Assembly: GCF_036321535.1 (NCBI RefSeq)
Contig: NC_087443.1
Span: 72,788,001 to 72,852,000 of the forward strand
From: Camelus dromedarius
Taxonomy: Eukaryota
Direction of reading: 5' to 3'
Length of the DNA stretch: 64,000 bases
Shown piece after piece: positions 13,696 to 26,789 of the stretch. The notes beneath the pieces are model-generated. The model did no database searches. It saw only the letters and a program-made list of their open reading frames with translations, and had not been told where the DNA came from. The stretch's first letter is position 1, and every line of letters starts with the position of its first letter. Both the position numbers and the translations under genes were made by a program.

Positions 13696-16600
13696 GGGCA
13701 GCTCCCTCGTCACCTTCCTCTTCATTATCACTGTTGTCAACAGGCCCATTCCTTTCAGAGCTTTGTTTCTTGGTTCCCTGGGCAGTGGTTGCCAGGTCCT
13801 GCTGGTTTTAAGTTTATCTGTTCATTCATTCGTTCATTCATCTGTTAAGTCCTTACTCTGTGCCAGGGATCCGGGGAGCCGTTTTCCGGAGTGACTCTTG
13901 GCAGCGTGGGCTGGGCCATGCATTTCCTTCCTGTAACCTTTCCCGCTAGCCCTCGAATGTCTGTTTACTAGCTCTCAGCAGACTTAGAGTTTCTGGATGG
14001 CTACCCACCAATACGCCCCTCCTTAAAGGCCATCTCATCCATCCCTCTGCCTCCAGGCAGGAGGGGCCCCAACCAACTCAGACACATGGAGTGATAGCCA
14101 ATCCCACCCATGAATCTGTGTCCAGCTTTCATTCTGGGCAAGGCTCAGCAGAGGGTCCCCAGGGGGATGTGAGGTCCGCTCTGTCCCTTAAGGATCTGTC
14201 CCTAGTTGGGGAGTCGGGACAGAAAGCACACACACGATGCTGGGTAACAGCCATGTGAATGCGGACAGCTGTCCAATGCCCACAGTACCAAGTGCCCAGA
14301 GGTGGTGGGGGGTGGGCAGAGACATCTATGTGGGACGGGAAGTTTCCAGCCGAGTTGGTAGAAGAAAAGGAAGACTTTTGGGGTCAACAGGTTTGGCATC
14401 ATCAGCAATATCCAATCAGCAAGCATTTCCTGGGCACTTACCGTGGCCAGGCACCAGGCCAGGCTGCTTACCTTACAGATACGCGCTCATCGAAGCATGA
14501 CAAAACCCAGTGGTCCCGGTGCCGTTTTCCCCACCTCTACTTTATGGATGCAGATGCAGAGATTCAGAAAGATTAGTAAATTGCTCAGTTACAGAGCTCC
14601 GGAACAGAAGCAGAGCCTGGCTTCAAAACTGGGCCTGAGTCAAGGCCGTGCCAGCTGTGGTTTCCACCATGTTGGCCGTGGTTTCCCCATGGAGGTAGGA
14701 CAACATGGGACATTGCTTTGGTGAGTTTGTGCAGAGAAATCATGAGGGAGAATGTCTAAGAGAGGCTGAGTCAGGCCAGAGACACCATCCAGGCCTCCAG
14801 CCTGAAAGGTTAGGTCTTTGTCCTGCAGAAAGTAAGGAGCCATTGAATGTTCATCTCTGATAGGCCCTGCAGCCGTTCTCAGGGTGAGAGCGGGGAGCAA
14901 AGAGAGGCTGTGGATGGAGCAGGCGGGGCTTTCTGGGCGATATGAGATTCATTCATCCAGATATTTATCCTTTACCTACTGTGTGCCAGGGAGAAATGAG
15001 ACAATGTTTCTCAAGTACCCAGCCCAGGACCTGGAATGTGTCAGAAATGGCCTCCACTTCTGATGATGGTATGCCCTGGCTCAGGTAACGCCACAGGAGG
15101 CAGGAGTGGCTCGAATTTCTCTCACCTGCCGTGTCAGGCTGGGAGCTGGTTTCTCTTTGTGACGCTGCGTCACGGGATGCCTGTCACATCACCTGTGAGG
15201 TCTCCAAGCCAACAGCTGTTCCCGCTGCCCACCTGTCTCTCCCTCCTCTTTTCAGGGGTGATTTCTCGCTCCCCTGCTGTCTGTCCTCCCTCCCTCATCA
15301 CCTGCAGGGCCTTTTAGAAGGCAGCAGATGGCCATGAATGTCACAGTAGGCGTCTCTTTGCCGGTGATGTGCCTAGGGTCCGGCTGGGACATGACCTCAG
15401 GCACGTCCCAGGTGGGGTTCGCAGACCAGAGCTGCCTGGGGGTCAGAATGTGGATGTGGAAAGCAGAGGAAGCTCTCCACTCCGACAGTCCCCTGACCTC
15501 CTCCAGCCAGCCAGCCATGAGACTCATTCTTTTGGGTCTTTTGCCACCTTCTGTCCTTGGCTGGCTTTAACATGAAAGGGATAGTTCTCAGCTGGGCTTG
15601 CTTGCTGCTGTGTTAACTTCCCAACCTTCCCCCGGCCTCTCGGGTTCCTGTTTCCTGCAAGGGCTTTACCAGCCTCGCCAGGGAGAAACTTCCCAGTTCC
15701 TGTCCGCAGGTGGTTGGATCTGCCCCCCTTCTCCATCTCATTGCCTTGACATGCATCACCCTGCTTGGACCAGTGTGAGTCACCTTTTCAGTGGGCCTCT
15801 ATTTCTGGCTCATTTCTTTTTCCTGCCCATCCAATCTGACCTTCTTGTTTGCTGTTCTTAGCACTCAGAAGCTTCGTGACTTTTCTGAAGACATCAAAAT
15901 TGAGACTTCCAGCAGATGTGAATGGGTTTTCTGCTGCTTGTGGGACAAAGTCCAAACCACACAGCCCAGAGGCTCTTACCTCTGGCCTGTCTTCTGCGCC
16001 TCCAAAATTGGTCTCTGGTTTGCTATATGAAGCCACCCAGCGTGGTCCTTTCACCATAACTCCCCATCCCTGGAAGCCTTCAGACTTCTCATACCCTTGG
16101 ATAAACCTCTACCAGGTTGATGGTTAACAACTTGGCCTTTTAAGTCAAATTCCTGCTCTTCTATTGAGGATCTGTGTGTCTTTGAGCAATTTGCTTAACC
16201 TCTCTGAGCTGCAGAGACAGAACAAAAATCATAATGATACTGATAGGTCTCACTGACCAGGTGGTTGTTATGTGCCAGGTCCTGTGCCTGACACTTTGCA
16301 TTACCGCTTTACATACACCCCATAACCCTATGAGGGAGGCATTATTTTCAAGCTCATTTGATGAATGAGGAAACTGGGGTTTGTGGCAGTGAAGTCCCTT
16401 GCCCAAGATCACACACCAGAAAGGGGCAGAGCTAGACTCAAGTCCTGTCTGAGAGGTGGTCTTCACCCACAGACGTGGCGACCACACCATACACTTTTGA
16501 GGGTTGCCAGGGGATTTAATGTGGCTGCACATTTGGAAGTCCGCCCGGTGCTGAGCACCCAGGGGAACTCGGTAAACAGGGTTTTTTTCCTGTTTCTAGG

Positions 16601-19600
16601 CCTTTACTCAGGCCACATCCTCTGTCCTCCTCTCTGCCTGGCCAGGTGCTTCCTGCAATGTCAGCGGACCCCTGCCCAAAATAACCACCCTCCCCCTCCA
16701 CCCTGGAGGATCAGAACTAGGCTTCGGGTGTCTGACTGTTTTCCTAGATGATGCATGATGCCTTCGGCGCCTTTGCAAGTCTGGCCGCTTCTCCAGGGCC
16801 TGGGTCCCTGTGGGAGCTGAGAAGGTGTCCACAAAACCAGCGAGCTAGCAAGGGGATCAACAAGGGAGGAGAGAATGGCGAGAGGGCGTGGTTGCCCAGG
16901 GACCCAAGGAGAGGTCCTCTGGAGATGCTGTGCAGCTGCGGGCAGTTCCTCCCTGGACCTGGGGTTGTTACCCACCAACCTGGCCGCCCCGTTTTCACCC
17001 CTCCGTGGTCTGTAAGGTTTTGGCACTAGCTTCAGTTATTTCCTGGGTCAGATTTATCATTTCCTGGGACAGGAAGGAAAGAGACTCATGAGGCCAGGTT
17101 TACGGAGGATGAGCACTGTCCTCCTGGCGCTGGCTCCCCCGCTGTGGACACTGCAGACAAGCCTCAGGCCTGTCTGTGGGTCCTGGCAGTGCCAGCTCCT
17201 CTGTCCTGGGAATGGCCTAAGGTCTCTCTGGGACGTGCAGGCTGGAGCCACAAGGCTGGGGCATCTCCACCCACTGACAGGCTGCCTGGCTGACCATCAA
17301 CCTGCCGTCAGAGAGGGCTGGCTGGCTCCTGGGCCCTGCTGGGAAACCTCACAGGGACTGGGGGTCCTCCCTGCTCCCCTGACCCCCAAGCCCTGGCTGA
17401 GGCACTGGAGAAACCAGTTGACCAGAAAGCTCAACTGAATGCATCGGCCTTTCTTGTTTTTCCCTCCCGAGAACAGTCTCCTTTGAGGACAGCGCTGGCC
17501 GGGCCTCCTCTCAGGGTTGAGCAGGGGGCACTGGCTAGAATCTTTCTCCCGGGAATGGAAGGGAGGCAGTCTCGTGGAGACTGGACTGATTTGCTGTCTG
17601 CTGGACACGTTCCCCAACCTGAGCCACAAGGTGCGGTTATGGTGACCAGGAACCTTTTCATTTTGGTTGGCAGCTCAGTCCTGAGGGCTGAGGTACAGCT
17701 GGCACCTGGCTCATGTGAAGGGAGACCAGGCTTGTGCTATCTGCTGCCCTCCAGCTTTCCAGAAGAGTCTGCAGGGGGTCCCTCCTGTTGGGGGAACTGT
17801 CCTCAGCCTGGCACTTGGGCACGTATGCCCGAGTGTGTGTGTGTCCATCACCAGACTGTGTGCCCTGGAGGCAGGCTGCTGGCTGTCGTGTGTCCCTCCT
17901 CCCTCCACAGATCTCAGGTGACGTGACTCTGACCTGGAGACAGCACCAGCAAGGGAAGGCAGTGGAGAGTGTTCTGGGCCAGGAGCTAGACGTTCTAAAT
18001 TCTGCTCGATTCCCACTCACCAGCTCTGTGCCTTGAGCCAGTCATCCACCTCTCCAGTTCTCAGTCTTTGTTTTGTTTTCAAGGAACGGACTTTATTTTT
18101 TAGAGCAGTTTCAATCTTGTGGGAAAATTGAGCACAAAGTTCAGAGAGTTCCCAGAGAGCCCCTCTCCAAGCCTCAGTTTTCTCACCTGTCAAATGGGGA
18201 TAGACACCCACCTTGTTCTTACTGCGCTGGGTGCGTCCCCTTCACCCCCATCTTATGGGTGACATCGCTGAGGCTCAGAGACAAGGGTCCTGCTCAGGGC
18301 CATTGGCTGCAGAGTGTGAAAACTTAACTGTGGGGATCCAAGGAGGAACGAGTGGTGGGGTGGGGTGGATGAGGTGCCACTGCTTCTGCCCCCTGCTGAG
18401 GGGGACTCCTTGGTTGTCAGTCCCTCTTTGGAGGGTGGAGAGTCTCTCCAGGAGCATCTCTGATCTACACCACCTTGATTTGCAGCAGGGTGGAAAGCTC
18501 AGTCCCTCCCAGAGGCCACCAAACTCACCGGCCCATCCTGGGGCTCCTTTATTTGGTCAGTGAGGCTTTGAATGATGACCAGGTGTGATGCCAGCGCCAG
18601 GAGCTGGAGGTCAGAGTTCTAGTCCAGTTTTTGCACTCACAAGATACCCATGGAAGGTCAGAGCTGGGAGGCATCAGTACCGTGTGAGCCCCACCCACCC
18701 CTCACTCTGCAAGTGGGGAAACCGAGGCCCCACCGGGGGACAGGCAGGGTAGGCTGGAGGCTAAGGATGGCAGGAAACGAGAAGGGATCTGGGTCTGCTG
18801 GCTTGGTGGCCAGGCACCGTGGGCCCAGGAGGTGCCTTAGTTGAGGAGCTTAGAAGTCCCCAGCAGTGGTCTCTTGTGTGTGGTGGGTTAGGTAGGAGCC
18901 AAGGAGGAGTAGTTCTGGGCCTGTGGCAACACAGGACCCGTTTTTGGTTCCTGGCTTCCTCGCATCTTGCCTTAGAGCTGAGTCACCACTTGCCGGGCAG
19001 GTAGGGTGGCTGCCACGCCCAAGAGCAGCCTCCAGATTAGGGAAAGGCTTTCTCCTAGGATCCTGAGCCTCCCCTAGGACAGGGACAGCTTGGTAAGCAG
19101 AGAGGGCAGGCTCACCTGTAACCATGGGTATAGTTAGGCAATGCCGGGTGGCACCATCCCTGTCCCATTCTGTTCCAGTGTCCACTCTTCCCTTCTTCAT
19201 AAAGGAGCCAGAGAGATACCCCACGGGTGAGCTCTTCTCTCATGCACCCAGCCCTGTCTGCCTGCCGCCCCGGACAGGGGCTGTGTCTTGGTTCCCTGTG
19301 CCCGCAGCATGGATCAGTGCCTGCACCTGGTAGTGCTTGTGTGTCTGATTAACAAGGAGTCCTGAGACCTGGTTTTAGTTTCTGCTCTGCCGCTACACAC
19401 CCACCTGCGTCCCTCTTTGTTCAAACTGCTGGGAAGCCCATAGCCAAGTTCTGTGTCAAAAGCATAGCTCTCCTTTGTCAGAGGGCCTGGAGGGAGCTTG
19501 TTTTATTTTCCCCTCCCTCTTTGCCGATGATTTCCTGTTCTTCGTCTTTCATTGAACAACTGAGCATGTGCTTTTATTGGAAAGTGCTGTGGATCCTTTC

Positions 19601-19914
19601 TGGGAGCAAGCAAGCAATAAACACCTCGGTCCATTCAAAATGAAAAGGAGAAAGGTCCCCTGTCCACCTGGGAAGCAGGTGCGTCTGAGCTCTGTTCCTC
19701 CTCTGGACAGAGGGTCGATTCGCACCTGCCCTGCTGACTTCCAGGAACATATGAGCAGAATGTATTTTGACAGGCCGAGGCGCTGGGCAGTGCCAGGCCA
19801 CTGCCTGCCCTGGGGCTCTTGAAGATGGGGCCACTCAGGCAGGAAGATGCCATGCACCTCCGCAGGATTGGCAGTGGAACAACCAGTCTGGAGGGGGCTA
19901 GAGCTTGCCCGGCT

Positions 19915-20190
19915 GGGCGCAGCTGGCCAGCTTCCTATTTCGGAGAAACTGACTGAGAGCCTGGCTAGACAGGCCATCAGAAAGTGCCCCGGAGGAGAAT
20001 TAGACATCCGAGTAATAGCACCGGCGGCAGGCCAACTACGTGTGTTGCTTTGCTTTACTCCTCTGTCCCTGGTGAAGAGGTACGATGATGGGGCAGCTGC
20101 AGTGAGCCAAGACGGTGACATTGTCCAAAAAAGGAGATAGCTCAATCGAGAGGTTATAAATAGGAGTGCTAGGGTGGGGGGCAGATGGCA
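19915..20190. promoter_or_regulatory. Candidate muscle/cardiac enhancer (MEF2 site, E-boxes, CArG-like site)
   Basis: TTATAAATAG at 20154-20163; CAGCTG at 19920 and 20094; CAGATG at 20182; CCTATTTCGG at 19934-19943. Confidence 0.3.
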
Positions 20191-22734
20191 GACTGCTCTG
20201 CTCACTCCCTCAACCACTGCAGGAGGGCTACTCTTGAGGTCCTGACCACCAGTGGGAGACATATTTTGAGATGTTGGCAAGAGATGAGAGTTGAGTAATC
20301 TACCATCATCTTGTGCCCTCCTTCCTCTCCGTACCCCGGCCATTGTAAGGGAGAACTGGGGAGAATGAGCTCTAGGTGGAGAGGTTAAAAATGGTCCATT
20401 TGCCGTGTTCAGAGAAGAGCTGATGGCTTGGGACCAGAGGGAGGGGAGAGGGGAGGATGGAGGGTGATGGTGTCTGTGCTGGAAGGAGGCAGGGAGGGAG
20501 CTGATGGGGCTGGACTAGCAGCGGGCCAATCCAGGTCTTTACTGGGCTCCGGTGTTACAAAGATGCAGACAGAAGGGATGCAGCAGCTCAAGGCAGCACG
20601 TGCTTTTGGAAGGTGAGCCGAGGTGATGCTACGTCAGACTATATTTCTGATGGTTCTGGAAGGAAAGCAGTGTCTTCAAAGCCAGACAGGGGTTAGTTCT
20701 TTGCTCTTCTGTTTACTCACTGGATGGCTTTGTGCAAGTCTCTCACCCAGACCGTGGGTTAAGTACAGAATGCCTCCCAGGATCTCCACAAGCATCAACC
20801 AAGACACAAACGGGAGGCCCCCGCACTCAGGCCTGGCATGTGCTGGTGTGGAATAATTCTCGCCAAGACCTGAGATGGTCATCGAGAGTAGGCAGTGGGT
20901 CTGTCTCTCTGAAGCCCTGCTGACAGCCTTTCCGGGATCGTTGGCCAGCAGCCAAGTTCTTTCCCCAGTTAGGCTTGAATGGTGGAAGCCAGCTCTCCTG
21001 TCCAGCACCAATTCGGCTGCCACCACCTCCTGCCCCTCCGAGTTCCAGGGATGCCTACGATCCTCAAAACTGCCACCGTTGGGGTTACTCAGGCCACGGG
21101 CAGTTGGTGTTGCTCCTGTCCTCACTCCCATGGAGGCTGTGGGCCGCCAAGCAGCTTGCAAAGCGCTTTTCACGCGCTCTGAGCTCATGTCATCCCCCAG
21201 CAATCCTGCGGGCAAGTGCTATTGTCATTCTCCTTTTACAGGCCAGGCTCCTAGAAGTTGCTACGTGGCCCAGGGAGACCTGGCCCGTGGCTGCTCACTG
21301 CTGCTTCTGGGGCTTCATCACGGTTCTGCCACAGAGCCTGCCCCAGGATGGGGTGGGACACCATGTGGAGGGGGCTGGAGGGTCAAGCCCATTGCTGCCA
21401 GGTAAGCTTCCCGTCCAGCAGCAGCTGCCTCTTTGATGGGGACCCGCCAGCTCCAGCGCCTTTGGCACATCTAGGGCCTTGGCTCTCTGGTCCCAAGCAG
21501 CCCGCCTCCTACACCTGTCTCGTTTGTTCAATATGCCATTTGGCCACAGGAGGGTGAGGTGGTGGGAGAAGTGTTACCTTCCAGTCTGAGCTGGCATACA
21601 TTTGCCAACTAAAACATTGACGTATGCCAAAAAAAATTTTTCTTGGTTACTTCTTAACAGGCCAAGTGTACTATTTTCCATCAAAACATTTCCATCGTTC
21701 AAAAAGTGTCTCTGACACAGAAGCTGGGTCCTGCTGTGTCCTTGTCATGGCTCACATTTTATTTGGGATCCAGTGTTTTCAGGATGTCACCACCTCTTGC
21801 TTTGCGTAAGGACCGAACTCCCCCATGGAAATATTTTGCAAGAATGTTTTTAACTGTCAAGGTGGCACAGAACTCCTTCAGAAGGTTTTCTTTGTCTGTC
21901 TCAGGGAAGAACACCCTTCCCGTAGAGTCCCTGCCACGTTTCACCGGCCAGGATGGGTCTGGCCAGAGCGCCATGCAATGGATCGAGTCCCATTACAGCC
22001 AAAGCTGTTTAAGGTTCATGGAAATGTTTGTGGAAACAATTGCAGACTCTGCTGACAGCCCGCTCCTTTTGTGTAATTTTTGATAGAACATGCACCCAGC
22101 ATAGCAGAAGAATTTGGCCGGCCCTTGGAATGTGCTGGAATGGAATTTGGCTGTGCTCTGTGTCCAGGTCTCTGATATGGCTGTGAGAGAATGTTCGCCT
22201 GCTCATCAAGCAAATATTCAATGGGCTCCTTCTATGTCCCAGATTCTGGGCTGATCAAACATAAGTGCCACCTGGGCCCCATCCCCAAGGCGCCTCGTTG
22301 GTAGGGACTACAAGATGCAGGTGCATTCCATTCCTCAGTAGTTCAGAACCACGTTAGGAAGGGCAACAGGCAAATCTCTTAGTGAGATGATTTCAGATGA
22401 CACACAGATGAACTGTGTTTATGCATTTATTCTAACATATGTCATTTAAAAAAAACCCAGTAACTATAGCAGTAATTTTCCAGATGTTATTGCTTAGGTA
22501 AAAAAAGGGTTGAAAAAAGGTAGGAGGTAGCATCAATTAAAACCCAAGTTAAAGAAAACTATAAAGTAAATATTGTAGTAGTGGTAACTATTACAGTCAG
22601 TAGATTATGGTACAGATTATTGTAAAAAAAAAATATCATGACAGTGGCTCGTGAAGGGCTGATGTCCGGAAAAGTGAAGTGCATGAAGGTTTGATGCTTG
22701 CTGATGGAATGCCAGGGGCCCTACTTGTATTATC

Positions 22735-22920
22735 GTCCAAACATCAGGAAGCTCTAGGAGATGGCAGTGTTACCATCCCAACTGACAGCTGATGAAACAG
22801 AGGCTCAAAGAAGGGGAAATGATTTGCCCACAGTCACATGACTAGTAAGTGTAAGACCTTGAATTTGAACCCTGGTCTGTCTGATTCCTGATCGTGAACT
22901 CTTAGCCACTATGCTATATG
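22735..22920 (-). mobile_element. MIR SINE
   Basis: GATGAAACAGAGGCTCAAAGAAGGGGAAATGATTTGCCCACAGTCACATGACTAGTAAGT...GAATTTGAACCCTGGTCTGTCTGATTCC. Confidence 0.8.
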
Positions 22921-25209
22921 ACAAAGTACTGCAGTTGGTCAAATAAAGAAGTGGCTATTTCCTTCCTAGGGGATAATCCAAGAAAGTTTCCTAGAGGAGG
23001 AGGCCTTGACCGAGGGGTAGGATTTACAAGGGAGGTTCGGGTGGTAAGGCAGAGTATCCCATGGAGCAGTTACCCGTGATTATTGGCTGGATGGTTTGAA
23101 CAACATATATTTTCCATGTATAAATGAAGTCTCAAGGTTAGGCTATGGTTTGGCTCTTCTGTGCCATCAGGGACCCAGGGTCCTTCTCTCTGCTCAACCA
23201 GATAGCTCATGGTCCAAGATGGCTGATGCAGCTCCAGCCATCACATTCTTGTCCTAAGTGGAAGGAAAAAGAAAGGAAGGAAAAGGGTAAATGTACATTC
23301 CTCTCAATGAGTCATCACCTTTAAAGAACTTTTCTGGAATCTGAGCCTAATCTACTTATCCTGATCTCATTGACCAGCCCTGGTTATAGGAGAGGCTGCC
23401 TACTGTGTGCTAGACATGTCTGCACGGAGAACAATAGTCCTGTCCTCAAGGTGCTTCCAGTGGAGTGAGCTGCTTCTGGTTGAGGCTGTGGAGGGGGCAG
23501 CAGTTACCTTTTTCCTCAAAAAGCCTCCTCGGAACTGGGACCTGCTTCTGAAGTGGCCCCAGTAAGCTTAGTCTGTTTTGGATTGTTCAGCACATTTATT
23601 TGGTGTTTAATTGGAGTGTAGAGTTGCAGCAATTAGGCTGCCCCAGGCAGCCCCTGCTCGCCATCCCATCAGCCTCTCTGAAAAGACAAGAGGTACTCTT
23701 GAGTGCAAAACAAAACGGCTTCCCAGCCTTCCACCCTTCAGTGCAAAGCAGGAGCCGCAGAGCCAGCTTTTCACTGCAGCCCAGAACCAAACCCTGGGCT
23801 GTCATTTAGAGCCCCGTGTGATGTGCACAAGCCCCAAGGTGAGTGTAGGATTCTGTACAGCTCACGGGAAAATGGCACACTGCCTGGTCCCCATCCTCCT
23901 TCTTCCCCTGCCTCCGGGTCTTGGGGGTGTGAGTTTGCTTTACTCTTCTCAGCTCGTGGGGGTGCACGCTGGCTGGTTGCCGGGAACGTCACATTTGGAG
24001 AGTTCTTCAGTATTAGTGATGCTATTCTGAGTTGCAGAAGTTGCTCTGGGGACTCATTCACTGAAGGTCAGTCCTTGTTCGGGTGAAATCCCCTCTTCTG
24101 GTATTTGGGTTCTTTTAGGTCCAAAATTCTTCCCTTTTACTTTTGGGGAAGTTGTCGCTATTTGTTGGACAGTGGCAAGAATGTTAGCGCTAACCTGAGC
24201 GCAAGAGGTGAGATGAGCCCTCATGCTTCCATTTTCGTGATCAGGAGACTGCGGCAGCTGGTGCGAGGTAGAACTGGGGAGAGCAAGCTTCTGCACTCCG
24301 GTGCTCCATCTTTGCTCTGTAATTACCGCCAAGCAAATAGTATTGTAAAGAGGCTGGAGAGATGCTTTCACAGGGCGTTAGAAATCAAACCGCTATTAAT
24401 ATGCTAATTACAACAGTTTTGTATTTACCGTTTAAGCAAGTCCTGGAGAGCTTCTCCTTGGCAACACTGTTAGACATTCTGTTCTCGAAATAGAAAGTCC
24501 ATATTACTTTTTAATGAAAGCTCTAAATCCAGGCTTTCCCTAGGTTCAGCCAGCCCTTTTCCTTGGATTTAGTAGGTCCAGCCCTGGCTTCCCGAAATAA
24601 AGGCTGGGTGGGGTTGAGTTGCAGGAGGAATTGACGCACTTCGGAAAGCAGGCAGCTCCTCAGAGATGTCAAGTCAGTGGAGGTTGGGGCCCTGCAGGTC
24701 CTAGACTAGTTACCTGCTAATGTCATTATACATCTAAGCGTTTTTAGCAGGGGCATCTCTCACTCCAGAAACCAGTTCTACTGCTTTTATTTTTAGATTG
24801 GTTGATGCAGGTGCTGTTTGTAAAGGTCTTTTTCTCCCCATTTTGCTTTTGTCCTGGAAGTACCTGGTTGATGAGGAAAACAAAATGGCAGCCACTTAGC
24901 CAAGGGCAATAGAAATATTTATTTGGGAAACGGGAGGATAAGTGCCTTTTTTGCTTTGAGGGTGGAGCCAGGGATCCACACCCCTTAGCTTTCTGAGGAA
25001 CTGGGTAGGGCAGGAGCTGACAAGCAGGAGAGTGAGCCTTTGTTCCAATCAGGGATCAAAAGATATCCAATGAGGGGCGTGGGACTTCTCTGAAGAGTAG
25101 GCTGTAGATTCTAGAAGAAGAAGATTTTAGATAGTGGGTTATAAACCTAACAAATATTTAAGCACCCACTGTGTGCCAGATCTAAACCAGGAAATACACT
25201 GGGGAATGT

Positions 25210-25680
25210 TCCACTTACCACAGCTGAGTGATGTAGTGACACAGAACAACTATTTACTCTGCTTATAGATCCTGTGGGTCCGGGATTTAAAGAGGGTAAA
25301 GCAGGGATGCTCCAGATTGTTCGAGGCCTCAGTGCAAGACTTGGAGTTCAGATGACTAACCTACTCACACATCTGGCAGTTCATGCTGGCTGTTGAAGCA
25401 TTCTCAGTTCCCTCCATGTGGCTTCGCCATGTGGCCTGGGCTTCCTCACAGCATGATTCCAAGGCTGATTCCAAGGGTGAGCGTCCCAGAGATGGAGAGC
25501 TGAGCAGAAGCCACATCCCTTTGTGACCTAGCGCCTGAAGTCACAAAGCATCAGCTTCACCACGTCCTATCGGTTGTGGTAATAACAAACCCATATGTGG
25601 ATTTAAAAGGAAGGAACATAGACCCCACCTGTTTGTGGGAGGGGCATCTGTCACATTGCCTGAAGAGCATATGGGATGAA
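25210..25680 (-). mobile_element. Older MLT1 LTR (MLT1G/H-like)
   Basis: CACACATCTGGCAGTTCATGCTGGCTGTT...GGCCTGGGCTTCCTCACAGCATG...GAAGTCACAAAGCATCAGCTTCACCAC. Confidence 0.7.
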
Positions 25681-25719
25681 TGTATATTTCAGTAAGTATA
25701 AGAGAGATTTGAAAATGTG

Positions 25720-26720
25720 GGCGAGGAAGAAGAGGCTATAAAACAAAGGCCAAACAAAAAGAAAGACAGCTTTTAAAAGTGAAAATTTAATAAATGAAAG
25801 TTAAAACTCAAGGGACATGTTAAACAGCAGATTAGACTTAGTGGATAAAAAAGATTAGAAAAGTGAAAGAGATATTCAAATAAATAAACTAGAATGCAGC
25901 CCAGAGACATGCAGAGACGGAAATAATAAACGAGAGGTTAAGAGGTACGTAGGATGGTGTGGAGATCTAGTACCTGCCAGCTGGGTTTCCTAAGGGGGAT
26001 AATACTGGAAATGGGAAAGAGGTGGTATTTTAAGAGATAATGACCAAGGCTTTTACACAGTCTTTGACAGATACGAAACCTCAGATCTAGGAAGTTCAGT
26101 GAACCCCAAGCAGGAGACATAAAGCACGGTAAATAGAAATGTGTCCTCTGCGACACATCCGTGTAACCCTGTGGTTCACCTACGACAAGGCGATGATTTT
26201 AAAAGCAGCCGAGAGAAGAGCAAGATCTCCCATCTAGGAACTGTGATGAGTTTGCCCAATGACTTCTCAACAACAGTCATGGAAGCCAGAAAATGGTACA
26301 GTATCTTCGATGTGCTGAGGGAAAGTAACTGTTAGCCTCTAATTCTATATGCAGTGAAAGTTTCTTTCAAGAATAAGAGCAAAAAACAGAGATAAAAGAC
26401 AGAGACAGAAGAACAAGGCTTGGATAATTTCCTACAAATTTACGTCATAATAGGACACTCTGAAAAATGTACTTCAGGCAAAAGAATATACCAGATAGAA
26501 GGTCTGAGGTGCAAGATGGAATTATGTGCAAAAATTCTGGCAAATATTTGGCTATATTTATATATTATTTGCCAAACAAATGTTGGTTGAATAAAATAAT
26601 ATGTCAATTGAGAGATTAAAGAAAAAAAGTAGAACTGAAATCCTGGACAACCAGAGCATGTAAGCGAGGAGGGGATAATCAGAATTGAGGCCTTCAAAGC
26701 CTCTCATATCTTTTTCAGAA
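25720..26720 (+). mobile_element. Ancient L1 ORF1 remnant (degraded)
   Basis: A-rich; ORF 26141-26335 contains DFSTTVMEARKWYSIFDVLRESN, resembling the L1 ORF1p motif DFSAETLQARREW..IF..LKE.N. Confidence 0.75.
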
Positions 26721-26789
26721 GGGAAGTTAGCTGTTCATTAACTTCAGATTTGTTCAGAACAGACAGTACAACTTCCAAACCAGTAAAGC

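Noticed and set aside
19549-20343. 264-aa minus-strand ORF and overlapping 97-aa plus-strand ORF
   Set aside because: No recognisable homology or splice structure; ORFs of this size arise by chance in GC-rich intron.
21706-22083. Faint resemblance of FARMFLTVKVAQNSFRRFS to the hAT transposase dimerisation motif
   Set aside because: Too few identities to distinguish from chance without an HMM search.
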